Source: Negaprion brevirostris (taxonomy: Eukaryota). From it: 64,000 nucleotides of DNA. This document shows positions 40,036 through 53,391 of this stretch, piece by piece. Numbering within the stretch: position 1 is the first letter of the stretch; each line of letters opens with the position of its first letter. The translations under genes and the position numbers were made by a program. Under the pieces are notes generated by a model. That model did not search any database and was not told the origin of the DNA. It saw only the letters and a program-made list of their open reading frames with translations. The DNA is taken from NCBI GenBank assembly GCA_030324005.1, contig JARDVH010000121.1, forward strand, positions 7,416,242 through 7,480,241, read 5' to 3'.

Positions 40036-41629
40036 GTAAGGCAGATTTAATCTCAACATTCATTTTCCTTAAATTAATATTGCCTATTTCTTGGTAACAA
40101 AAAAAAAAATCTGCCATATCAATTTATATTGCTATCCACTGTGTCGCCTCTGGCAAGGTGGCACAGTTGGTAGAACTGCTGCATCACAGCACAAGGAAGA
40201 CACATCCGATTCCGACTTCGGGTGAAGGCCTGTGTAACGTTACACATTCTTCTCGTGACTGTGTGGAATTTCCCTGGCCGCTCCGGTTTATTCGCAATGT
40301 GTGGATGAGGTAGATTGGCCAGAGTATTTTGCCCCTTAGTGTCAGAGGAACTGACATGGCAAATCCTTGGGGCGACTGGGATACCGAGATTTATCTATGC
40401 ACGGTTTTGTTCTGCACTGTACTAATTCCATGATTCTACACGCCATGAAGTTGGAAGTCGCTAAATGTACAACAGAATCAAAATGTCAATGAATTATTCA
40501 TACAGAGAACGAAGAATAAAGACAATTAAGGCCCAGGATAAGGCTCTTCGACTCTTCCAAGCCTGCAACTGCTATGCCATCCAACAGAATTAAAGCCACT
40601 TAGCCTTCCAGGAACAATGTAGCTCTATTCCCACCATATTCATTGATCTGACTCCGAATTCCAGGCTCCCGCACCCCTCTCCTAAAAGTAAACCCTCTAA
40701 CTTCCAATTTTGGGACAAAAAAAAAATCGATGACACAAATAGATGTCCGGAATCGGCGCAGGGCTGTCAGACTGACCGATTCGCAGATACATCAACACAA
40801 GGGTTTAAAAGGTGTAAACAAAAAAAAACTTTTTGGAAGTGACAAATGGATAATTAAAAAACAAAGACAACTTTCACCTCGGGGGGAAAAGAGAGTAATC
40901 GAAAAAAAAAGTCAACATCCTCCATTTATTTTCTTCTAAAACATGTTGATGTGTGTTCGCAGCCCGGATCAATTGGAGGGGACTTAATACGCCGTAGCTT
41001 AACGAGTGGACCTCGTTACACACTAAAATCACAATCTAGAAATTGTGATCGCCGTCATCCTTTCAGAGAGTCGACATTCTGGAGTTCCCTCGAATTTGCA
41101 TACATGTCAGAATTGATGTCACTTTTGATTATTAATAATGCAAGATTAATTGTGCTGCTCTTGATTCAACGATCTCGCAATTATGTTGTGCACGGCAGAA
41201 GTGAATGACTGTACTGCCTCTCAGATGCAACGTAACATACTTAATGATTCATTGCTATGCAATTCATCGGGGTGATGTAAATGCTAGAAAATCTAAACCT
41301 TATACTGACATTGAACATTTTATCCCTGTTGACATTGTGTTGATCATTTGGTGATAGCATTAAGAACGCTGTGACGTCAGATTGGCCGGAGAACAACATT
41401 ATGTGACGTGTTAATAAATAATTCCTGACCAATGTGATGCAAACCCATTTTGCTGGATTAAAAACTGTTGTGAACCATGTCACTTGAAGCACTGCCATTT
41501 AGCGTTTCCTTCCATGATCAAAGTTCTGTCGAGGATTTAGTTTTTTTTTCAGTCATTGGGTTCAGTTTGATTCCATTTAAAAAAAATGTAATATCTGCAA
41601 CGTGTTCTTAATTCTCTTCTTCCTCACAG

Positions 41630-41650
41630 AACTGGCAAAATGCCAAACTG
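41630..41650 (+). CDS. 21-nt heptad micro-exon, type B (ELAKCQT)
   Basis: ttaattctcttcttcctcacag|AACTGGCAAAATGCCAAACTG|gtaagg. Confidence 0.82.
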
Positions 41651-44600
41651 GTAAGGATGTAATAACATGATTTTTTAATATCTCTGAATGAAATCAGGGC
41701 GACAGAATTGTGGAACATTCTCCCATCATGTAAAATGTATGTTGTTTGTAATGCGCACAACTATTTGCAGCACGAAGTGAGTCCAGATTCAATGTAATTT
41801 TACCTGAATTCTGCGTGAAAATCCCCCTGCCTTGATTAAAGAACAGTCGGAGCCAACATTTGTTTTTGAATGCTTTGATGCCAAAATCGCTATGATTTTG
41901 GCAGAATGTTTAATTGATACATCAGTGGAACAAAACGGAATGGTGGTCTGTATATAATATATATACTAGCAGAGTTTGGAGTATGCTAATATATTGAATT
42001 ATATTGTGATCTGAAGCACACATTTACAGTCATACAGAACTACGACATACAACAGAAAAATTCGTATATTGACAGACAAACTCCCGAATTGACTTTCTAA
42101 TTGAAAAACGAAGATGGAAAACTCATTGAATCTGCTCAAATGTCTATTAAGGACAGACCGACAGAGACATATTAATCATTGAGCAAGAGAGCAGAAAATG
42201 TGCTGGCACCGTTTGATAGAAAGAGGGCCAGGGAGCTTTGGACTGTTTGCTAGGGAGTTTTAAACCGCTGCTGAACATCATGTGTTCTATAGTAGACAGG
42301 TTCATTCGGTGGCGAACGATTATTCTTGTCAGGAATAATGCAACATTGAATTATCTAGGGTGATTATAGAAATTAATTGACAACATCAATATATTGTAGA
42401 AATTTGAGCAGAATATTAGCAAGAATTTTACATAGCCAGCCCCTCATACTGATAAGGAAACACATGTGTTTGACTTCATTGTCCTCAAGTAACAGAACAT
42501 TTTAATGAATACACAGAACACCGAATAAATTCATGCACTCTTTTAACAAAAGGTTGCTTTAAATGGAAATGAATAATCCATGTAATACTGGTTAAAATAT
42601 TAAAAGCATCACTGATGGTTCATATATTCCAAGATCTCAGGTTGAACATTTCTTTTGTACTCTGACGAGGTTAAATTAGCCCGCCTGAAGTAATGTTCCA
42701 GAAAGGTTAAAACAGAACAGTCTTTGCTTATGACAGTCTCTGTCAATTTCTCGACGCAGGTTGAGAAAAGTTGATCCTCAAGAGTGGTGCTCAGTCGTGC
42801 GCAAATCTGCTGCGATGTCTTCATCCTTCAATAGCCTGTGACTGTTTCACGATTTTTGGCTTGAACGGGCCGTGATTGTCACAAATTCCACCACCAGCCT
42901 GCCGCTAGAAATGTCACTACATCCAAAAATCACTGTGATGTCAATTGACTGTCATCCTTCGGATCTACCAGCAATGATATATTTTGCACTGGAATTCGCC
43001 TGGCTCCTTCCCACCGACCTTAACATCATGAGGAATGAGTGGCAAATGTTTAAGATCCCGTAATCATCACTCTGAGGATCAACAGAACCCGAGAGAGCCT
43101 CCAAGAATCTCAGTGCTCAGTCTACGGGGAGGATTAAGAAACACTGAAAAAACACATTTACTTCAAACTATTAAAAGAACACAACTCAATTAAGACACTA
43201 AAACCGACCACTTAGCAAAACTGGCGTTCACCTATTACAATATGCACACCGATTGTGTTACGTCCTTTTATATCTTTAACCTCTTCGGAAGTGATAGCCA
43301 AAGATTCATGCAGCGTTGCCACAATCGACAACCCATTTTCTCTGTTTCAGTTGCTTTGAGGTTTTTGGAAACATGCCAAGATTGTGACTTCCATTTTCAT
43401 AACGTATTCTGCATCAACCACTAGATGCAAATGTCTACATTGTAAGAGTTGTTAAAACANNNNNNNNNNATTGAGAAAACGATGACAGTTTTTTTGTTGC
43501 AATTTTGGAGGCTCCTCTATAAATTATACGTGGTTTGTGTAACCTTTGCACGAAAGTCTTCATTGATTGTTTAGGATGCCTGCCTATAATGTAGATTGGA
43601 AATCATTATCTGGTAACAAGTTGGTTGTCTACGCTGCATTTCCAGAGACTATTGCATTAGGTAATATTTTGCACCAAATCGGACTGTACAGGAATTTATT
43701 CGACTAGAGATGGACCACCGAAAGAAATACAATCAGAACAAGACTCATTTTTACATCGATGTTGCACAAGAAATTGTTCGAGTGTTTAGATGTAAAACCA
43801 TTTAAAAATAACTGCGTACCATCCAGAATTGTCTAATGCGTTAAGCGTGGCATGCAGTTTGAAATGCACCTGGAGGGCATATTGTCAACATTATCCCCAA
43901 GATTCGACAACTTTGCAAGGAGGGTTGTGCCAAATGAATCGGCACATTATTTTATCAGTTGAATATTTGTTTATCTGTTGAATAATTGTTTCATCATGAC
44001 GTACAAGAACTACGTAATTTGAAGAAGTTGAATTTGTTGAGTTAGTGTTCAGAGACTGCATTATTGGACGAAGTGTCAAACTTTGACGGGGGACAAGCTG
44101 GAACTGCTGAGTTGGCGAGACGGTATTTAAAAATAATAATAGAAATACGCGGATACAAACTTTGAAATTCTCACGTTTCCTCGTGTGGAGAAAATAACAG
44201 TTTGATGAAAAGTGGTCGTTGAATGTTTACAAAGCAAGCCAATAGGTGAACCTCGGTTTCGCTCAGGGGCCGGTTTTAGCGTCTTAATTGAGGTGTGTTA
44301 TGTTGAAAATCAGTAGTAAGGAATTAAAACAAAAATCGATGAGGAAGGAACATTATTCAATAATCACAAAATCGCTCATGTTCCTCGTGTGGATTAAGTG
44401 TTAGTTTGTTTTGAAATTCGATGTTGAAACTGTACAAAACAAGAACCGGTGGGTCTTTTATGGTCGCAAAAAAAAGAGCAACTTTTTGTTTGACAAATTG
44501 CTTACATTGAAGGAGCCATCACAGATTGTTTCATGGGAATTTTCTGAGACAGCATTTTTAAACTGAAGGAAGCTAGAGAAATAGTGAGACAGGTTTTGCT

Positions 44601-45051
44601 AATCAGAGCTAGTGGATAAACAAAGATGATACTGAACTTGACCTTCCCCACATTAGTTGAATTATGAGAAACTTATCAGATTTGTTAACAGTTATCGAGT
44701 TGTCATCCACAGTGGAATAAGCTTGACCCAAAGGATTTTGTTTTTGCAAATACCTGGAGTTACAGATGAAAATTAAATGGAATATATAAAAAATGTGCTT
44801 GTGGTACTTGCAGAGAATTAATCTACAGTTGTGCAACAATTGTATAGATTTAATCAATTTGGTTTCGCACTGGTTCAGGGGGATAAGTGGCGTTTATTTG
44901 CCTTCAGGGGTGAAAAAGGAAAAGCTCAATCAAATGCTACCTAGCTTTGGAAGATAATTACAACTCTAACGCAATAAAGAAACGAATCGAGGAAGATGTG
45001 CAAAGCTGGCTAAGACTGAAGAGGAAACAGGTTGTCTCTACGCTGAAGCAA

Positions 45052-46964
45052 GTAAGGAATGTGACAAATAGAGATGGAAATTTAACTGTTGTGCCTAAGT
45101 TGTTCAAAACACCTGAGCAATGAAGTCGTTCTGTAAACAACAGCTGGTCATGTTCGTGAAAAGACGTGTGGAGGAATCAGCAGGCATATGTGAATAAGCG
45201 GTTTAAAACTGTAGTAATGTGTACAATTCTGAAGATCAACTCACTGGTAATCATGACTAACTTAGCATGCATAGAATACATGGCGAAGTTAAAGTGATGA
45301 ATATACTTTAACCAAATTTTCGAAATTCCCCTGGATCCCTTGACTAAGCACATTTTTCTTTCATCGAAAGACATTGAACTCGGTGCCACGAAAGTCAAAA
45401 GTTGATTTTCAAAATTTTGCCCAGGTTCTAATATCTAAAGATAGAAGCAGGAGTAGGTCATTGGATCAATCAGCTCCGTTTCCATTGATCTTGATTATGG
45501 GTGATCATCAAATCCAGCATCGTGATCCTCCTTCCACCCATAACTCATGAACCCATCAACCCCTACGGCTATATCTAAATCCTTCTTGAAATCAGTCAGA
45601 CATTTGGCCTCAGCAGTAATCTGTGGCAAAGACTTGCACAGCATACAACATAATCTGAGTGAAGAAATAGTCTCTCACTTTCATTTTCAAAGGTATACAC
45701 ATTATTTGCATATTTGTCCCCTAGTTCCGGACTCCTCACTATTGGCAACGTTTTTTTTTTCCTGAATCTACGCTATATAACACTGTCTTCGTAATGTTTC
45801 GATGAGTACCACTCCCACTCCTTTGAACTCCAGTGGATATAATCTGAACTAATTTATTCTCTACTCATATGACAGCCCTGGCATCCACGGGATCAGCCCT
45901 GCACAGCTTCACCGCGTGTTCTGCATTTGGGATGTTCTTATTCAGATCGAAAAACATCAAACTGCACGCAATAAACCAGGTGTGGCCTCGAAAGGCCCAA
46001 TTTGCCAATAGAATTGTCTTCAACAATTTACAAAATCTCAGAAATATTTAAAATGATAATCTGCCAACAGATGCATATGTAGAACATCTGTCTAATGGTG
46101 TTTTAGAATTATATTTGATCTCGAAGCGTGCGCTGTCCTTCTCTCTTCACAGGCTATTGCAAACATGTTGTGATTATGCCACATTGCATTTGTTTCTCCC
46201 ACTTTTCCTCCTTTTTTAAACAAAATAATCTATTTCCAGGATTTCAGTTGTCGTGTCCCAAAATAATTAGTTACCCTTCATGACATCCTCAATTATCCAC
46301 GGTACGAGGGGATACACATGAGAATAATGGGTATACCTTTTAGAATAGAATTGAGAACAAACATCTTCACCTAGAGCGTGTTGACTGTTGTGCAAACTTT
46401 TGCCACAAAATGAATCTGAGGACAAATGTCTGACTGATTTCAAGAAGAATTTAGATGTAGCTCTTGGGGTTGAAGTGGTCATGGTTATGGATGGAAGGAG
46501 GATCGCGATGTTGGATTTGATGATCAACAATAACCAATATCAACAGCAGCGCAGCAGGGTAGACCCAATGGCCTATAGATATCGATGTTTAGATGTTATC
46601 ACTGGGACAAAATTTTGAGAATCAAAATATGATTTTCATGGCACTGAATTCAATACTTGTCGATTCGTCACAGGATCCCAGGGAATTTCGAGAATTTGCT
46701 TTAAGTGCTTCATCACTTTAACTTTTCCAAGGACACTATATATTTCAAGATAATCGTGCTTGTCAATGAGGTGTTTTATTTTTCAGAATTGTACACTTTA
46801 CTTCATTCATCAGAAGCTTGTTCACATATGACTGCTGATTCCTCCACATTTCTTTTCACGAATGTGACCAACATTTATTAAAAAAAAACGACCGCTTTGC
46901 TCAAATGTTTGAACAACTCATATACAACAATTATCTTTCCATCTCTATCTATCACAGTCCTTAC
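45052..46964. repeat. Long imperfect inverted repeat (arms ~45052-45724 / ~46303-46964)
   Basis: gtggaggaatcagcaggcatatgtgaataagc vs gcttgttcacatatgactgctgattcctccac; aaattccctggatcc vs ggatcccagggaattt; ttcttgaaatcagtcagacatttg vs caaatgtctgactgatttcaagaa. Confidence 0.9.
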
Positions 46965-47363
46965 ATCCATCTTCCACAGACTGGAGGATGGAAATTACGT
47001 CGTCGTGTAAATTTTGGTGATTAATTACTCATATGGATGGAAATCGAATGCATAACATTTCACAAAGATGATTCTGAATATTTACCCTGTGTGACAGCTT
47101 TAGTAGTAATTAATGCATATCTTTATTATCCACACCCAACTTAATTTATGTCCACCAAAGTCAAATGTCAGCGTCATCTCTTGTAAGTTGAACAGTAGCG
47201 GACTGATGAAAATATTCTGATGAAAATACAATGTATTTTAGCAGCTTTCGAACCAATGGTCAAATTAAATTTTGCAATTTCCTTTTCTATCGTTTGGGTA
47301 ATTTTGGCTTTTGGGAAAATGGATTGAACAAAATGATTATCAATGTTGCCCTCGATCACCTAG

Positions 47364-47384
47364 ATCTGAAAAAGAGCGCTGGAG
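47364..47384 (+). CDS. 21-nt heptad micro-exon, type A (DLKKSAG)
   Basis: gttgccctcgatcacctag|ATCTGAAAAAGAGCGCTGGAG|gtaagg. Confidence 0.8.
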
Positions 47385-47889
47385 GTAAGGAAGATTTATA
47401 CTCAATTATTTATTTTCCCTGAAATTGTTATTGCCTGTTTCTTGGCAGCAATGGCTCCTGCCATATCAATTTATATTGTTAACGACTGTGCTGCATGTCC
47501 CAAGCTGCACAGTTGTCAGTACTGCTCCCTCACAGCACCAGGGACCCATATTCGATTCCGGTCTCGGGTGAATGTCTGCGTGAAGTTTATGCATTCTTCC
47601 CGTGATGTGTGTGTTTTTTTTCGGAGCTTCCGTTGTTTCCAAACCTCCAAAGATGAGCGGGTGAAGTAATTGGCCATTGTATTGTGTCTATTAGTGTTAG
47701 ACTAATTATCATGGTAAGTTCACGCGGCTACAGGGTCACTGAGATTTATCCATGCATGGTCTCGTTATGCAATCTAATTTCATAATTCTTTATGTCATAA
47801 AGTTAGAAGTCGCTAATATGCAGCAGAACAAAAATTTCATTCAGTTATTCATACAGAGAACAAAAATAAAAAAAAATAAAATAAAAAAC

Positions 47890-49350
47890 GATTGCAGGAC
47901 CACATAAGTCCCTTCCGCCCTTCCAAACCCCGCAACTATCATGTCACCGGACAGAAATAAAGATTCTTGCCCTGCCAGTAATCATATCCCTCTATTCCCA
48001 CCAAATGCATGTATATGTCAAGACAACTCTGAAACATCAGGATCGTATCGGCTTCCATTATCTGCGCTGACTGTGTAGTCCAGGCACCAACCACCCTCTT
48101 CAAAAAATAAGTTTTGAACCTCTACTTCACTGCTTGCCCCGCGCATCATAAACGTGTGTTCCCTCGTAATTGAAATTTCCACCCTCGCAAACATCTTCTA
48201 ACGATACACTCTGCCCAAATCGTCTCATAATCTTGTTGACTTCAATCAGTCCCTCCTCAATCTTCGGTTTGCCAGTGGGAACAAATCAGGTTTCTCGAAC
48301 CTCGCCTCAAAGTTAATGTCCTCCAGATCAAGATGCATTCTGGCAAATCTTGTCTGTACCGTTTAAGAAATATCCATCTTCTTTTGATAGTTCAAAAATC
48401 AACATTACATTCCAACTCAAGACTAATTCAAGTTCTATAAAGCTGCAACTTGACTCGCCAATTATCACACTCAGTGCCACGACCGATGAAGAAAAGCATG
48501 TAATATGAATTTTTGACTATCTTATGCACAAATGTTGCCACTTTCAGTGAACTAGTGTACCTGCACAGACAAAACGCTCTGCCTATCAATATCTTTATAC
48601 GTTCTGTGATTTTCTCTGCCTTCTCATCTGTTCGTCCTTCGAAAATGTGATACCTCACATTTGCCTGGTTAATCCAAATCTGTCAGCTGTCTGTCCATGT
48701 CTCCAACCGATGCTTTGACGGTCCTCATCGTTATCTGTAATTCCATCAACCTTTCTGTCATCTGCAAACTTACTAATCAAAACAGAAAACAGTTGATTTG
48801 CCTCCATATGCAGAAACAACAAAATCTCAACACTGATCGCTGTGGAAAGCAACTTGTCACTGCCCTCCATTCAGAAACACACCTTTTCATGGGTACCCTC
48901 TGATTTCTACGACCGAGCCAGTTTAGTATCCATCTTGCCAGCTCACCAGTGATCCAGTGTGACTTCAACTTTTGTACTATTCCGACTGGGGGGGCATTTT
49001 CCAAGTCCTTACTTATATCCATGTAAATAACATCCAGTGCCCTACCGTCATCAGTCATCTTAATCACTTCTTCGAAAAACTCGATATACTTCGTGAGACG
49101 TGACTTCTCCTTCTTCGTACCATGTTGCCTCTCGGTGATAATTCCACTTATGCCCAAGTGCGAGTAACTCCTATCTCGAAATATCTTCTCCAATATTGTT
49201 TCTAACACTGACGCAAGGCTCAGCTACATGTGATTAATTGTATTATCTCGCATTTCATTCAGAACAAAGAGACAAAATTAGCAAAGACACGCCAATCCTC
49301 TGTGACGTCAGCTGTAACCAAATGATACACAGATTTCTTTCAAGGCCCCA
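47890..49350 (-). mobile_element. CR1 LINE 3' ~1.4 kb (co-duplicated at 56265-57470 and 59095-60530)
   Basis: ORF(-) RALDVIYMDISK..KLKSHWITGELARWILNWLGRRNQRV; LISKFADDRKV. Confidence 0.9.
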
Positions 49351-50927
49351 GCAATTAAGTCGTTTGCCTCGCGCAGATCAAGTTATTTATTTATTTATTT
49401 TCTTCATGGTCGTTGATTGAGGGAAGGATAATGTTTGCTTTACAGTGTGCAAGAATTAATTACTTGACCCAATTCAAATATTTAGCTCTGTGATTTATCC
49501 ATAGCATTATAGAAATTGCAAAGCCCTACTGCGCAGAATACGCCACATGCTCCAGATTGCGCAGTCCCTATTTAACAGAATTACTCATCCTGCTCCTCTC
49601 CCTGTAATCCCACACACGTTTCATGAGTGATCCCATGAAACTTACACATTTTGGGACATGGCTTATAAATGCTGCACGGCCAGTTCACCTAACTGGCAGA
49701 TTTTTTTTTAGATACACATCGTTAATTAACAACGAGTTGGCATAATCTCTATTTGGATACAACCTGTGCTGCGACTTTACACATATTGGATGAAGATCAA
49801 CCTGTGTTTCAGTATTTTTTTTTCTCATCCAGGGAAATATTCGGAATGATTTTGGGACTGCTGAACAGGAAGTAGATTTTTTTTTCAGCCAAGAATGAAA
49901 ACACCAAATGCAAAAGAATTAGTACAATACTTGGAAGGTGGTGTCAACGCAGGAAAGACAGAAAGGTGTGAGAAATTCAGAAATAGAGTCGCAAAGTCAC
50001 CTCAATATTATAACAAACATATATATTTCGACAAAAATAGTTATATAGGTTGTGCGGCAGGTTTATCAGACTGGCCAACTCGCAGATGCGTGAATACTAA
50101 AATTTAAATTTGTAAATTATGAGACATTAAGGAAATGACCAACGGATGCTTAAAAAAAAACTTCATCTCGGGACAGACAGATGGCGTTGAGCAGGGAGCA
50201 ATTGAGAACAGTTTCAACATGATTCATTTTTTTTTCCTGCAAATGTTGACGAATGTTCTCAGCTCAGATCAAATGTAGGGGACTTAAAACTCCGCACTTA
50301 AACAAGGGGACCTCGTTACACGCTATAATCACAAACTGGAAATTCGGGAACGGTTTCTGAGAGTCGACATATCGAAGTTCCTTGAATTACCGTATGTCTG
50401 GAAATTGATGTTGCCACTTCTGATTCTTAATAGTGCAGGATAAATGATGCCGCTCTTAATTCAACACTCTGGCAGTCATGTTGTTCCCGACACAACTAAA
50501 TGACGCTGCAGCCTCTCAGGCCTAACTCAACCTACTCAATAAGTGAGAGCAATGCAAATCATTATGGTGTTGTAAATGCCAGAACATCGGAAATGTTACA
50601 TTGACATCGATCATTTTATCTCTGTTGAAAATGTGTCCCTCATATCACGATAACATTAGCGATGATATGATGCTTGATTGATCGGGGAACAGTGCAATAT
50701 GACTAGTTTGTAAATAATTCCTGGCGAATGTGATGCAAATCCGTTGTGCTGGATTAAAAAAAGAACTGTTGTGAGCCATGTGATATGAAGCTCCACCATT
50801 TATCTGTTGATTCATTCAGTAAAGTTCAGTCGAAGACATACATTTTCAGTCGTTGGGTTCAGGTTGATTTCCTTAGCAAAATCTAATATCTGCAAAATAT
50901 TCTTACTAAGTCTTTGATTCCTCACAG

Positions 50928-50948
50928 ATCTCACAAAGTGCCAAAGTG
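50928..50948 (+). CDS. 21-nt heptad micro-exon, type B (DLTKCQS)
   Basis: tctttgattcctcacag|ATCTCACAAAGTGCCAAAGTG|gtaagt. Confidence 0.82.
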
Positions 50949-51539
50949 GTAAGTTAATAACAACATGTTTTTTTTTTGCATATCTGAATTAAATCGGGAG
51001 CGCCAGGACTGTTATGTGAAATGTACTCCCGTCAATTAGAATAACAACATTTTTGTTCTGCATACAAATATTTGTAGTACCGAGCGAGTCCAGTTTGTGA
51101 ATAATTTTGCCTGAATTCTGCCTGAAAATTATCTTGCCTTTATTAAAGAACAGTCAAGTCGCCGAATTGTTTTTGAATGCATTGATATCACGATCGGTAT
51201 GATCTTGGCAGAATGTTTAACTGATACATCAATGGAACAAAGCTGAATGGAGGCTTGTATATAATGTATATAACGCCAGAGACTGAAGTATGCTAATATA
51301 TTAAATTTCATGGAGTGATTTGAAACAAATATTTATCGTCACACATGACCAACAACAGAAAACAGAAAGGTGTGAACATTGACAGACAAAGTCGCAAATT
51401 GGCTTTAAAATTGAACATCGTTCAATTGGACATAGTTGGAAAATTCATTGAATCTGCACAAATCTCTATCCAGGACAGAGTGACAGAAACATATTTATCA
51501 TTGAGGGAGACAAGAGAAAATATCTCACCACACAACTGT

Positions 51540-52050
51540 TGAATATGGAATTCCTCCTAAATACATTAAACACATTTCTCTCGATCCACCTGTAACATTA
51601 TGACTGTCTCAGTCAATGTTGGGAAAGTAAAAAATTCCCTACAATGACAATCCTACTTTTCTTCCCGTAATCTGTAATCTTCTTTCATCTCTGTTCCTCA
51701 TTTTCATGCTGGCTAATTGGGGGCATATATTGCAAACCTTTCAATATGATCCCCCTCCTCATTCTCGAATCTACAAAACAAAAGAATCAGCGAGCGAACC
51801 CTCGGATGTATCCCCTCTCAGTTATGCTGTGATGATTTCCCTGTTCAAAAGTGCAACTCCCTCTCCTATCTTACCTTCTATTCTATCTTTCCCACAGCAT
51901 CTGTACCCTGGAACATTGAGCTTCCAGCTTGTCTCTCCCCCATCCGTGTTTCAGTAATAGCTATAATAGCCCAGTCCCATGTGCCCATCCATGACGTGAG
52001 TTCATCTGCCTTGCCCGTCAGGCCTACTGCACAAAATGAATACGTTTTAA
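51540..52050 (-). mobile_element. CR1 ORF2 endonuclease fragment
   Basis: GLTGKADELTSWMGTWDWAIIAITET (APE endonuclease N-terminus). Confidence 0.85.
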
Positions 52051-52534
52051 GTCTGTAAATGACATGCACATTCATTTTAAAGTGAGGGACAAGAATGGTA
52101 GACGTAGGGAACTTTCGATGAAATGGTATATTGAGGTCCTGTTCAAAAGTAGATGGAGGCATATGACACATATAGAAAGCTGGAAACAAAAGAATCCCTT
52201 GAAGAGTATAGATAACGCAGGAATCAGAATAAGATAACAATCAAGAGGGCAAAAATTAGGAACGTGATTGCTTTGCGAGATAAGGCAAAGGAGAATCCAG
52301 CGAGCGACAATAAATACACGCAGGAGAAAAGAGCATCACGGGAGAGCATGCGGTCTCTGAAAGATTAACAATAACATTTAAGTGCAGGTGTGGAAGCGAT
52401 GGGTGATGTCATAGATGAACCTTTCTCATCAGCATTTATTGTTGCAAAAGTGATGAGCGTTAGGGGCAATTTGGAAAAAAAATGATGTTATGATGAGTTT
52501 ACATATCACACACAGGTTGGAGCTGGAAATCATA

Positions 52535-53205
52535 TCGCAGAGTGACATGAACCCAAGATCCCGATTCAGGCCGAGTTCATGTGTGCGGAATTTGGCAATC
52601 AATCTCTGCTCAGAGACTGTGCGTTGCCTTGTGTCCCAGAGGCCACCTTGGACAACGCTTCCCGGAAGAACAGAGGCCAAATGCCCATGACGACTGAAGT
52701 ATTCCCCAACAGGAAGAGAACACTCTTGCCTGGTGATTGCCCAGTGGTGTTCATTCATCCGATGTCGTATCCTCTGCATAGACGCCCCAATGTTCCATTC
52801 ATCGGGACATCATTTTCCGTCGCCTATCAGTTAGACAACCTTGGCAACGTGTATTTATCATTTACCTGGTGGATGGTGTTCTCACGTGAGATGATGACAC
52901 CCATGCCGATGATCTGGAACGTCTTGCAAAGGTTGCTGTGGTACGGTTGTGTGGTGTCGTGGTCACTACTCTCCTGAAGGCTGGGCAGTTTCCTGTGGAC
53001 AATGGTCTGTTCGAGGTTGTACAGTTGTTTGAACGCAACAAGTGAGAGTGTGTGGATGTCCTTGACGAGATGTCTGTCTTCATTAATGACAGTTTGAAAG
53101 CTCGGTAGAAAATGTAATGGCTTCTCAGCTTGGGCAACTACTGGACAACGAAGGGTACTCTCTCCATTGCGTCCCATGTTTGTATTCTGAGCAGTTCGAT
53201 GCTGT
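52535..53205 (-). mobile_element. Penelope-like element 3' end (GIY-YIG region)
   Basis: RIRHRMNEHH..ECSLPVGEYFSRHGH..RQRTVSEQRLIAKFRTHELGLNRDLGFMS; LVAFKQLYNLEQTIV..CKTFQII. Confidence 0.85.
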
Positions 53206-53391
53206 TTCGTACTTGTGCAGAAGGATAAATAGCATTTCTTCGCCTGAGGAGTTGTAACGGAAAACCTCAGTAAAATGCTACCTAGCTCTGGAAGGCAATT
53301 ACAACGCTAAGACAGCAAAAACACGAATCGAGAAGTTGTGTAAAGCTGGCTAAGGCTGAAGAGGAGAAAGATTGTCTGTACGCTGATGCAA

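Noticed and set aside
46980-47006. 27-nt exon-like ccacag|ACTGGAGG...|gtaaat (DWRMEITSS), resembling the butyrophilin pre-B30.2 exon
   Set aside because: The paralogue at 55330 has an in-frame TAG, and paralogues near 25760 and 57975 do not reproduce the exon; it sits at a rearrangement junction
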